Shown: positions 1-8,584 of the stretch, one piece after another
How the letters are laid out: each line of letters starts with the position of its first letter
Numbering within the stretch: position 1 is the first letter of the stretch
Origin: an uncultured Solirubrobacterales bacterium
GTDB taxonomy: Bacteria; Actinomycetota; Thermoleophilia; Solirubrobacterales; Solirubrobacteraceae
Direction of reading: 5' to 3'
DNA: 64,000 nt
Assembly: GCA_963767255.1 (NCBI GenBank)
Contig: CAVYDM010000006.1
Location: 796 to 64,795 of the forward strand
The notes under the pieces: model-generated
Told to the model about the DNA's origin: nothing
Database searches by the model: none
The model's input: the letters and a program-made list of their open reading frames with translations, nothing else
Translations under genes and position numbers: made by a program

Positions 1-1040
1 TCGACGCGGGCGAGGTCGAGGGCATCGAACAGCTCGCGCGTGGTGCGCAGGGTGATCAGGCACGGGCGCGTGGGCTGGCCGGTGCGCGGGTCGATCGTGT
101 CGACGTGCCCGTTGAAGACGAGGGACTCGATGTGCTGGGGGCGATCTGACTCGAACATCTCATGGACGGTGCGCAGCGTCACCTCCGAGACGACGCGGGA
201 GTACAGCGCCTTGCGCTGTGAGGCCGGCCGGGCCTTCGCGACGATCTCGTCTTTCGCTTTGACGTACCGGTACTCGAGCTGCTCCGGTATGACGTCGAAC
301 GTTGGGAGGTCCATCTCGATCACGAGCTGACGGGACTCCGGTACGTAGGCGATCTTGTGCTGCTGGGGGAAGGCGTCAGGGTATTGGCTGGCGGCAAGCA
401 CAAGCGAGCAGTAGGTGACGAGCGCTTCTGGATTGCGCTGTTCATAGCTCTCATGGAAAGAATCGACCTCGGCATGCTGTGTCGCAACGCGCTCAGCCTC
501 GGCCTCGACTTTCTTCTCGTGTTCGGTTTTGGCCTCGGCGAATGCGGCCTGTCGGTCACGCTCAGCCTGAACGGCCTGCGCCAGCGTTTCGGCAAAACGC
601 CTCTCGGTTTCCTCCACAGCCTGCGCGTGCTTGGCCTTGGCGCCCGGAATAAGCTTTTGCAGGATCCCAAGGGGGGCAGGAGGTTCCTTGACTGGGGGCG
701 TGAGTGGCGTGGCGAGCGTGTCGGGCTCGAAGGGAAGCGGCGTGGGCTTTTCCTTCAGGGCCTCGAAGTCGACTGCGTCGTCGAGCGCCAGCGCGGATGT
801 GAGTAGTCCTTCAAGGCTCGCGACGGATGCGGCGAGCTCGCGGCTGAGCTGGTCGGCCTCTGCAGAGCGCTCCTCGAGGTAGAGCCGCTTGCGCTCTTTC
901 TCGTCGTAGGCGCGCTGGCGGGTCGCTTCTCGCTCTTGTCGGGCGCGCTCGCGCTCGAGAGCGCGCGCTGCGCGCTCGGCGTCTCGCCGACGGCGCTCGG
1001 CTTCGCGCTGCATCTGCACCCAAACGCTACGACGTGCCAT
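1..1040 (-). CDS. Mrr-like restriction endonuclease, N-terminal part (runs off the window edge)
   Basis: Manual translation from ATG at 1040 (GGAGGAGG upstream): MARRSVWVQMQREAERRRR coiled coil, then QLVIEMDLP...YRYVKAKDEI...LYSRVVSEVTLRTVHEMF...VFNGHVDTIDPRTGQPTRPCLITLRTTR, typical of actinobacterial Mrr_cat proteins. The catalytic domain would lie outside the window. Confidence 0.75.
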   Translation of the reverse strand, partial: MARRSVWVQMQREAERRRRDAERAARALERERARQEREATRQRAYDEKERKRLYLEERSAEADQLSRELAASVASLEGLLTSALALDDAVDFEALKEKPTPLPFEPDTLATPLTPPVKEPPAPLGILQKLIPGAKAKHAQAVEETERRFAETLAQAVQAERDRQAAFAEAKTEHEKKVEAEAERVATQHAEVDSFHESYEQRNPEALVTYCSLVLAASQYPDAFPQQHKIAYVPESRQLVIEMDLPTFDVIPEQLEYRYVKAKDEIVAKARPASQRKALYSRVVSEVTLRTVHEMFESDRPQHIESLVFNGHVDTIDPRTGQPTRPCLITLRTTRELFDALDLARV

Positions 1041-1243
1041 TACGCCCACCTCCTCCGTGCTGTCTCAAGCCGTCCTCGTCTCTTGATCCGAATGTTCCAC
1101 GCGCTCCGTCCAGTGATCAACGGAGAAATACTAATGATTGCTCCGTGCCCAGCTCTTGATACCAACGCTCCTGCTCGAAGGCCTCGCCAATCTCGTACCA
1201 ATGCGCTACGCATGGCGGAGCTCATTGCGTTAGTCCCCCGCCC

Positions 1244-1471
1244 TCAATGACGGGATGCGACGGCCCTGAGCAGGACAGCGGGCGAGACTTCCAGTGCGTC
1301 GGCTAGGCGAACGAGCGTCGTGAGGCGAGGATCACGGAGACCGCGCTCGATCCTGGAGACCTCGGTCACGTGGATGCCCGAGCGATGGCTGACCTCTTCT
1401 TGGGTGAGGTTCTGTCGCTTTCGGGCCCGGGAGACGTTCTGTGCGAAGACATCGAGGGGAGGCACCCCCAT
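1244..1471 (-). CDS. XRE-family HTH regulator (controller-protein-like)
   Basis: 75 aa, RKRQNLTQEEVSHRSGIHVTEVSRIERGLRDPRLTTLVRLADAL; co-oriented upstream of the endonuclease. Confidence 0.9.
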   Translation of the reverse strand: MGVPPLDVFAQNVSRARKRQNLTQEEVSHRSGIHVTEVSRIERGLRDPRLTTLVRLADALEVSPAVLLRAVASRH

Positions 1472-1477
1472 GATGGT

Positions 1478-1517
1478 CTTGTGAAGTTGGCCTAGCCGCC
1501 AGAGGGAATTTCACAAG
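1478..1517. promoter_or_regulatory. Inverted-repeat operator upstream of the XRE gene
   Basis: CTTGTGAAGTT (1478-1488) and AATTTCACAAG (1507-1517), 10/11 complementary. Confidence 0.55.
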
Positions 1518-1797
1518 TCGGTCTCAAAATCGAGTAGGCTGATTCGTCGGTCGAACCCAAACGGCAGAACGGGAGTGGAGTGGGACGAGCAGTGCCAATG
1601 ATGACGAGGAGCCTGACGAGCATCACGGCGGCGCTCACGCTGATGCTGGCGCTCGCGCCGTCAACGGCCGCGGCGGCCACACACGCGCATCGTCCGCGAC
1701 AAGTCATGGTTGCCAGCCCTCTTCACGGACGGTCGTCGAGTCGGCGGGTGATCGCTCAAGCCGTCAAGCTCTCCGGAAAGCGGGTCGACGAACAGGC

Positions 1798-2502
1798 ATG
1801 ACTCCGCTTGGCAGTATCGAGCAGAAGCACGGACTGGACGAGTCCGAGGATGGGTCGCCCCCGGACGGCCCGGATGGTCCAAACGGACCAAGCGGGAGCG
1901 GACCTAAACGGCGCTGGATAGCGTCGCCGGTAGTCATCATCGCTCTAGTCGTAGCGGGGATCGCGTGGGGCATCCCGATCCTCCAAGGCTTCCACTTCGG
2001 CTGCAACGTCCTCGCGGGCGACATCTACCGGGAGTCTCGGCTAGGCATCGAAATGTGCCGGGGCATAAATCACGCCGAAGTCACCGCCGCAAAAGAAAAG
2101 TTCCAGCACGAACAGGAAGCTCAAGCCAACCGCGAAGCTGAAGCAACGCGCACCGCAAACGAACAGACCGCACAGAAAGAACACGAAGCGCAGCAGACCA
2201 AAGAAGCAGAACGACCGGGCCTTGAAGCGGCGGCATCGAAGCTAAAAACCGAAGCGGCGAGTTGGTGGCAGAAGCTACGGCGAGAAGAAGGCGTGAAGAA
2301 GCACGACGAATCAGAAGCCGAACGCCTCAGCAACGACGCGAATCGGGCAGAAGGTGAAGAGTCGGACACGCTCAACGAACAATCCGATAATTACAACGGC
2401 GATGCTGATACCGCTGAGGGAAACATCGACTCCGACAAATACGAAGCGGAAAACAAGCAATCAGAAGCCGAAGCAGATTCCAAAACGGCGTCCGAAGACT
2501 AG
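1798..2502 (+). CDS. Hypothetical single-pass membrane protein with acidic coiled coil
   Basis: TM segment WIASPVVIIALVVAGIAWGIPIL followed by an E/Q/A/D-rich helical region. Confidence 0.7.
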   Translation: MTPLGSIEQKHGLDESEDGSPPDGPDGPNGPSGSGPKRRWIASPVVIIALVVAGIAWGIPILQGFHFGCNVLAGDIYRESRLGIEMCRGINHAEVTAAKEKFQHEQEAQANREAEATRTANEQTAQKEHEAQQTKEAERPGLEAAASKLKTEAASWWQKLRREEGVKKHDESEAERLSNDANRAEGEESDTLNEQSDNYNGDADTAEGNIDSDKYEAENKQSEAEADSKTASED

Positions 2503-2538
2503 CCCCAGAGAGCTCGCCCAAAGCGTGCCCGGCATACC

Positions 2539-3276
2539 TCAGTAGACCCGTTTCCAGCGCTTGAAGGCTTTCACGTCGGCTGCACTGAGCTTGAACCACT
2601 CCCCACGCATCCGCTTCGCCTCTAACCGCTTGTGCCAGTACGCCTCTACGCCGCTAGGGTCGTCGGTCTTTATCTCGTGAACCAGCTCGTGTTTGATGGA
2701 CGCTGTAGCACCAAGTTCAGATAGCCGGCGGTCTACCAACTTGGTGTGACCGATCTTGTACTCACCGGGATGCCCCTTGACCAAATAGACAAATCCGTAG
2801 CTCGGCTTCTCATTGTTTACATCAACATCATGGCTCGCTCCGTCAGATGGGTCTACCTCGACGAGCGGCTTGAGAATCTTTACGACATCGGTGTATTCAG
2901 GCTTATCCGCACAGTACGCCGCTAGCTTGGCCACCATTTGACTCTTGCTGCCGAATCGTCTTGGGAACACCGTATGGCTAGGGAACTCAGTGTCGGTGTG
3001 AGCCTTCGTCACAAGCTCCTTGGAAGTGGGGAACTTTCGTTGCTCGCGCGTGAATGCGATGAGCTTCTCAAAAAGGTAGGCGTCCTTATAGGCGCCCTGC
3101 AATTGATTGGGCGCAAAGCCGGCATCGCGCTGCACATCGCCAAACCGCGGCCAGTACCGCATCCAATCAGACGTGCCTATGCCTGTGGCTCTCTCAAAGC
3201 GAGCCATGCCAAGAGGTCTACCGCCGTTTTCATCGGCGGTTCGCCTCATCGCGTCTAGGATCTCGGCCCTTTCCAT
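2539..3276 (-). CDS. GIY-YIG (T5orf172/MUG113-type) nuclease with N-terminal homing-endonuclease-associated repeats
   Basis: GFVYLVK...YKIGHT...RRLSEL...VEAYWHKRL..KRMRGEWFKL; the N-terminus has two helical repeats ending PRFG/RRFGS. Confidence 0.85.
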   Translation of the reverse strand: MERAEILDAMRRTADENGGRPLGMARFERATGIGTSDWMRYWPRFGDVQRDAGFAPNQLQGAYKDAYLFEKLIAFTREQRKFPTSKELVTKAHTDTEFPSHTVFPRRFGSKSQMVAKLAAYCADKPEYTDVVKILKPLVEVDPSDGASHDVDVNNEKPSYGFVYLVKGHPGEYKIGHTKLVDRRLSELGATASIKHELVHEIKTDDPSGVEAYWHKRLEAKRMRGEWFKLSAADVKAFKRWKRVY

Positions 3277-3382
3277 CGCCGCGGAGCATATCCGGCGTGC
3301 TGGTCACTTCCCCCGTCACGACTCCGAGTAGGTTCGGTGGCGTCGGGGTACGTGCCACTCCTCTTTAGGAGGTACTGCCGAC

Positions 3383-4878
3383 GTAACTGTTCACGTCGTG
3401 TAGGGTTGGGCAGGATTCGGTGCGTGTGCAGGGAAGTTTGCGTGTGTGGTGGATGCGGAGGATGTCGCGGGGCGGCCGAGCTATGAGGAGCTCGCGGCGT
3501 TGGTGTTCGATTTGAGAGCGGAGATCGTTGAGTTGAAGGTGCAGTTGGCGGCCAACTCGCGGAACTCGTCGCGGCCGTCCTCTTCGGATGGGCTGGCGAA
3601 GCCGGCGGTCGATCCGAAGAAGCGGAGCTTGCGCCGCTCGTCGGGGCGTAAGCAAGGTGGGCAGGAGGGGCATAAAGGCGCGCGGCTTGACCGCGTCGCG
3701 ATCCCGGATGGGAGCGTTGAGTACCCGCCGGAGTGCTGTGAGGAGTGCGGCAAGGATCTCGGCGATGCTGAGAGCGTTGTGGGCGGCGAATCGCGTCAAG
3801 TGTTCGATGTTCCCCAGCAGCGCGCGTTGTCGGTGATCGAGCATGTCGCGACGCTACGGCGGTGTGATTGCGGGCATGTCAGCTGTGGTGAGTTCCCGAA
3901 CGCGGTCACAGCGCCGACGCAGTACGGGCCCGGGGTCCGCGCGCTCGGCGTATATCTGCACGTCTTCCAGCATCTGCCGTATGACCGTGCCTGCCAGGCG
4001 CTGAGCGATCTGGTCGCTGCGAAGGTGTCAACCGGGACGCTGACCGGTTGGGTAACGGTCGCAGCTGAGGGACTGTGCGACTTCGACGAGCGGCTGCGGG
4101 CGTTACTGGCGGACGCGCCGGTCTGCCATTTCGATGAGACTGGTGCCAGGATCGCCGGCCGGCTGGGATGGGTGCACAGCGCCAGCACCGAGACGCTCAC
4201 CCGGTACACCTCGCACGAGCGGCGCGGCAGCGACGCGATCGACGACGCTGGCGTGCTCTCCGCTTTTAACGGCATCGCGATCCACGACGGCTGGGCGCCG
4301 TATCGTAACTACACCGATTGCGAGCACGGCCTGTGCAATATCCACCACCTCCGCGAGTTGCAAGCCGCGATCGAGGCCGGGCACAACTGGCCGCTGGCGA
4401 TGAGCTGCCTGCTTTTGGACACCAAGGATCTCGTCGCCAAGACCATCGCCACCGGCGGGCAGCGCCTCAGCGCCCGCGCCTCACGGGAACTCACCGCAAG
4501 CTATCAGACCGTGATCGACATGGGCCACGAAGAGCATCCCGTCACGACCGCCAGAAAGACCAAGCCGCACAACCTGCTGTTGCGCCTCGAGCGCCATCAG
4601 CCCGATGTGCTGCGCTTCGCCAACGACTTCAAGGTCCCATTCGGTAACAACCAAGCCGAGCAAGACATCCGCATGGTCAAGCTCCAGCAAAAGATCTCCG
4701 GATGCTGGCGCACCACCAGCGGCGCGCAACGCTTCCTCACCATCCGCAGCTACCTCTCCACCGCCCGCAAGAACGGAATCGACGCGCTCCACGCCCTCGA
4801 CGCGCTCACCGCCGGAACACCCTGGCTACCCGCCTCCCCCTGACCAAACCCCGGGCCCGCCACGACGTGAACAGTTAC
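3383..4878 (+). mobile_element. Complete single-ORF IS66-family element (ISBst12-like group)
   Basis: Perfect 18-bp TIRs GTAACTGTTCACGTCGTG (3383-3400 / 4861-4878); 8-bp TSD CTGCCGAC (3375-3382 / 4879-4886). Confidence 0.95.
3446..4843 (+). CDS. IS66-family transposase
   Basis: NSRNSSRPSSSD, GGQEGHKG, Zn-finger CEECG/CDCG, HFDETG, HDGWAPY, HGLCNIHHLREL, NNQAEQDIRMVK. Confidence 0.95.
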   Translation: MVDAEDVAGRPSYEELAALVFDLRAEIVELKVQLAANSRNSSRPSSSDGLAKPAVDPKKRSLRRSSGRKQGGQEGHKGARLDRVAIPDGSVEYPPECCEECGKDLGDAESVVGGESRQVFDVPQQRALSVIEHVATLRRCDCGHVSCGEFPNAVTAPTQYGPGVRALGVYLHVFQHLPYDRACQALSDLVAAKVSTGTLTGWVTVAAEGLCDFDERLRALLADAPVCHFDETGARIAGRLGWVHSASTETLTRYTSHERRGSDAIDDAGVLSAFNGIAIHDGWAPYRNYTDCEHGLCNIHHLRELQAAIEAGHNWPLAMSCLLLDTKDLVAKTIATGGQRLSARASRELTASYQTVIDMGHEEHPVTTARKTKPHNLLLRLERHQPDVLRFANDFKVPFGNNQAEQDIRMVKLQQKISGCWRTTSGAQRFLTIRSYLSTARKNGIDALHALDALTAGTPWLPASP

Positions 4879-4979
4879 CTGCCGACGTCATAACGACGCC
4901 GCCCGCGACGTGCCGGCGCTCTCACCGCAGGTCTACTTGCACTATGACTCGTACTGCTCGCAGGAGCGGTCCTGCGACG

Positions 4980-7616
4980 TCAGCGTCCGCGATTTACGCT
5001 GCGATCGACGGATCGTGTCGGCTGGACGAGCGAACGTGCAAGACGCAGCGGTCGCGAAAGCCCAAGCTCGAACCCAAGGTCCCGGCGGGGGTCGGACATC
5101 TCCCGGTAGGCCAGTGAGGGTGTTCGTGCTCTGCTTGACCGCATGTGCTGGGCCAGGCGCGTGATGCGCTGGGGGTCCTGTCCTTCGGTGCCGAGGTTGT
5201 CGCGGGCGATGAACCAGTCGGTGCCGTGGCGGGCACGGGTGGCCTCGACGTAGGCAGTCTCCTTGCTGGTTTGCCAGCCGCCGGTGAGCACGACGGAGCG
5301 CTCGACGGTCGCGCCCTGCTGACGGTAGACGTGCTGCGCGTAGGCGAGCCGAAGGGAGTCCAGGTCCTCGTCGGCGAGCTGGACCTTGCGCTTTGACCCG
5401 TCGAGCATGATGGTCACGCCTCGCTCGTGGATCGTGCTCACCTGGCCGCGGGTGCCGTTCTCGACACGCGGCTGCCCCGGCGGGCGGTGCTGAGCGGTGA
5501 ACGCGATGAGGTCGCCTTCGCGCAAGCCGTAGTGGACGCCGGGTAGCGCGATGTCGTGGTGGCCGAGTTCGCCGCGCTCGGCGCGTAGGTGTTGTGCGCG
5601 GGCGTTGAGCCGGTCGATCTCCTGATTGGAGGCGTCGGCGATCAAAGCGACCTCGCGGATATCGCGTCCCTGCGTGAGCGCAGCCCATGTTTGGACGGCT
5701 TGCTCTGCCGCCTGGTCGCGGGTGTCGGAGAGGTGGAGCTGGCCGCGTGAGGCGTAGTGCGCCATCGCGCGCTCGGGTTCCCCTGCGCGTAGCGCTTGCC
5801 ACGCGCGCTGGTCGGCGGGGTCCTTGGTGCGATGTATATCTGCAAGCTCAGCGGTGGGCGCATGGCCGGCGAGCCGGTCGAACATGCCGCCGGGTCCGAT
5901 CGAGGGGAGCTGCTTGCCGTCGCCGACGGCGATCAGCTTGGGCCCGGAGCGCTCCACCAGTTCGGTGAGCGCGTCGAGGCGCTTGTGGTCGACCATCCCG
6001 GCCTCGTCCAGGATGACCGTCGTGTCGCGGCCCACATGAATGGCGCCGGTCTTGGCGCGGGCGACCAGCGAGTCCAGAGTGAGTGTCTGTCCGGCCAAGG
6101 CAGGGCTGTCCGCTCCGAGGCGCTCGGCTGTGGAGCCCGATACGGCGACCCCGATCGTCTCGCGTCCGGCGTGCTGCTCTGCACGGGCGGCGGCGTCGAT
6201 CACTACACCCTTGCCGGTCCCGGCGGGGCCGACGAGCACCGCGGCGCGCTCGGGGCCGGTAAGGACTTGGAGCGCGTGGTGTTGCTCGGGATTGAGTGGC
6301 CCGCCGATGCGCTCGGCGACCTCACGGGCAGCGTGATTGCGTGCGATCCCGCCGACGTCTCGGCCTGCGGGCTGCGCGAGCTGGGTGGCGCGGCGTTCGA
6401 TTGCCTGCTCCTGGGCGCGCACGGCCGGGGTGGTCATCCGCCCGCCCTCCAGAGTCAGTACCCGCCGGTCGAGGACCATCTCCCGGGCGATCCCGAGTGC
6501 CTGATCCGGCGCGATCTCTCCGGCGGCCTGCTCCAGTAGGACCGCGCGGAGGTCGCGTTCCTCGAAGACGGCGTGCTGCTCAGTCAGCTTCATCTCGACC
6601 CGATCCTCGATCGCGCGATCGGCTACTGGACGCTCGGATGCGCCGATCAACCGCACAGCCTCATCCGGACCGAACCCGTGACCGCGCCCGGTCTGAGCCC
6701 ATACTCGTTGTAGGTCTGAGCGTGTAGTCAGCTCCTTTGCTCGGCGGTTCTCGAGCGCGAGATTGCGCAGCTCGCCGCGTTCGGGTGCCCGGCCGTAGCG
6801 GGCACGGAAGCGCTCCGCCGCACGGGCGACCTCGCGGGAGCGCCCAGAGAACACCTCGCACAGCTCCTTCGGCACACCGGCGATCTCGAAGTACCGGCCA
6901 TCCTTCCCAGTGCCCTGCTCAATTGCGTATCCCTCCCGCACGAGCTCCTCAGCGAGTGCGGAACGGTAGAACGCGCCCAGCTCCCGAGCGCAGCGAAAGA
7001 TCGGCCGCGACGCGACCGCCACAATCCGGTTGTCCTCACGGACAGCGCCGGTGACCACGACATGACTGTGCAGCTGCGGGTCCGGCGCCTGGGCGCCCGA
7101 GACGCCGCGGGCGGTCGTGTGCCGATACTCCGTCGCGATCACGTCCTTGGCGTGCTCTTCCACGACCTGTCCGCTGTAACGCCGCCGCACGACCGGCACC
7201 TGCTCACGCAGGTGGTGGATGGTCTGCTCGACCGCGCGACCGTGGGCCTGCTCGATCTGCTCGCGCTGCCACGGATCGCCAAGCGCCCACACCGTCGAGA
7301 CGGACTTCGGTGCGCTGAACGTCACGTCGATCCCACCGCCTCGGCCGCCGCCAGCGCCCTCGGGCCGCAGCCAACGACCTGTCCCGGGGTGGCGGCCCTC
7401 CATGAGCGCGATGAAATCAGCGCCATCCACTGGCCTGTCCGCCTGGACTCCCAGCCTGTCCAGGGTCTCGGCATCGGCGAGCCACCGGCCGGGAGCTTGG
7501 GCCATCTCGCCGTCCGGCGTCAGGTAGTAGTCCCCGCGCTCTGGCTCCACCGTCTTGCTCTCCAGGTAGCGCGCGTACCCGCCACCTCGGGACGCACCTA
7601 TGCTCGCCGCAGTCAT
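4980..7616 (-). CDS. MobF (TrwC-like) relaxase-helicase
   Basis: Likely start ATG 7616 (MTAASIG); GDYY, DVTFSAPKSVS, HTTARG, DPQLHSHVVV (HUH), Walker A GPAGTGKG, ILDEAGM, VGDGKQL. Confidence 0.95.
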   Translation of the reverse strand: MTAASIGASRGGGYARYLESKTVEPERGDYYLTPDGEMAQAPGRWLADAETLDRLGVQADRPVDGADFIALMEGRHPGTGRWLRPEGAGGGRGGGIDVTFSAPKSVSTVWALGDPWQREQIEQAHGRAVEQTIHHLREQVPVVRRRYSGQVVEEHAKDVIATEYRHTTARGVSGAQAPDPQLHSHVVVTGAVREDNRIVAVASRPIFRCARELGAFYRSALAEELVREGYAIEQGTGKDGRYFEIAGVPKELCEVFSGRSREVARAAERFRARYGRAPERGELRNLALENRRAKELTTRSDLQRVWAQTGRGHGFGPDEAVRLIGASERPVADRAIEDRVEMKLTEQHAVFEERDLRAVLLEQAAGEIAPDQALGIAREMVLDRRVLTLEGGRMTTPAVRAQEQAIERRATQLAQPAGRDVGGIARNHAAREVAERIGGPLNPEQHHALQVLTGPERAAVLVGPAGTGKGVVIDAAARAEQHAGRETIGVAVSGSTAERLGADSPALAGQTLTLDSLVARAKTGAIHVGRDTTVILDEAGMVDHKRLDALTELVERSGPKLIAVGDGKQLPSIGPGGMFDRLAGHAPTAELADIHRTKDPADQRAWQALRAGEPERAMAHYASRGQLHLSDTRDQAAEQAVQTWAALTQGRDIREVALIADASNQEIDRLNARAQHLRAERGELGHHDIALPGVHYGLREGDLIAFTAQHRPPGQPRVENGTRGQVSTIHERGVTIMLDGSKRKVQLADEDLDSLRLAYAQHVYRQQGATVERSVVLTGGWQTSKETAYVEATRARHGTDWFIARDNLGTEGQDPQRITRLAQHMRSSRARTPSLAYREMSDPRRDLGFELGLSRPLRLARSLVQPTRSVDRSVNRGR

Positions 7617-7620
7617 CACA

Positions 7621-7890
7621 GGGTTAATGACCGCCAGCACCTCAAACCGGCCAAGGACTTTGCACAGCGCTCGCTGTGTCGCCGCACGGCCGTGCATGTT
7701 GTCTGTGCAGGCCGTTGAAGTGCCGCGTCGGCGAACGGCGGAGGACGCCGGCGCGGCCGTGGGTTTGCGACCGCTGGTGAGCGCCGGACAGGCCGGTTGA
7801 GGGTGCGCAAGATCGCGTCGGGGATGTCGTGCTGGGGCCACGGGCCGAAACTCGTTGGCCGGTTCTGGCGAGTCCCGGTCATTAACACTG
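7621..7890. promoter_or_regulatory. Candidate oriT / divergent promoter region
   Basis: Nested inverted repeats between the relaxase and excisionase starts (see findings). Confidence 0.5.
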
Positions 7891-8211
7891 ATGGCTTCAA
7901 ACAACCACCCCCCGGCAACGGGCCTACCAGGAGTGCCGCCAACCAGCCGAGTTGACCGTCATGACACTCGCGAGCTGGCTGCGGAGCTCGCCACCCTCAT
8001 CGGCCAGCAGGCCACGCCGCCGTTGCTCGATTCAGGCCAGGCCGCCGCGATCTTGAACGTGCCGCAATCGTGGATCGCCGCCGAGGCTCGCGCCGGCCGC
8101 ATTCCGCACGTGCGCCTCGGCCGCTACGTGCGGTTCAACCGCGACGAGCTGATCGCGTGGTGTGACGGTCGCTCTGTGGGTCCGCGAACCAAGCGCAGGA
8201 CGGCGGCGTGA
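7891..8211 (+). CDS. Excisionase-family (HTH_17) DNA-binding protein
   Basis: LLDSGQAAAILNVPQSWI...GRIPHVRLGRYVRFNRDELIAW. Confidence 0.85.
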   Translation: MASNNHPPATGLPGVPPTSRVDRHDTRELAAELATLIGQQATPPLLDSGQAAAILNVPQSWIAAEARAGRIPHVRLGRYVRFNRDELIAWCDGRSVGPRTKRRTAA

Positions 8212-8246
8212 CGGTCGGCTGGCAGGGTGATCGCCGCTGGGGATCG

Positions 8247-8495
8247 TCAGCTTTCCCGCGGGTCCTCGCCGCCGGCGTGGTCGAGTACGTCCTGGAGCTG
8301 AGGCAGGTCCGCATCGAGGGCGACGAGCAGGCGCTTGAGGGTGCTCCAGCGAATGTCGCGCCAGCCGCCCTCGACGCGGGAGAGGTAGGGGGCTGTGATG
8401 TCGGCGCGCGCGGCCAGTTCCTCTTGTGTGAGTCCGGCTCGCGCGCGAAGGATGCGCAGTGCATCTCCGATATCGGTCTGTCCGGGACTTACCAT
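8247..8495 (-). CDS. XRE-family repressor
   Basis: LRARAGLTQEELAARADITAPYLSRVEGG; divergent from the integrase. Confidence 0.88.
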   Translation of the reverse strand: MVSPGQTDIGDALRILRARAGLTQEELAARADITAPYLSRVEGGWRDIRWSTLKRLLVALDADLPQLQDVLDHAGGEDPRES

Positions 8496-8584
8496 ATAGT
8501 AAAGGTTATGCTGTGTTGGATAGCGCAGAACATAGTTGGCGCCTGCACGAGTAGGACCGCCGGGCGCCGCAGGGGAAGATCGCG

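Larger units (their letters stand above)
3337..4975 (+). pseudogene. Short relic of an AbiJ/DUF559-like nuclease gene split by IS66
   Basis: Removing the IS and one TSD gives in-frame LLFRRYCRRHNDAARDVPALSPQVYLHYDSY; family assignment is from recalled motif PALxPQVYLHYDPY. Confidence 0.5.

Noticed and set aside
7617-7904. 96-aa N-terminal extension of the relaxase in the ORF track
   Set aside because: MobF relaxases begin close to the catalytic Tyr region; the extension covers the repeat-rich intergenic region
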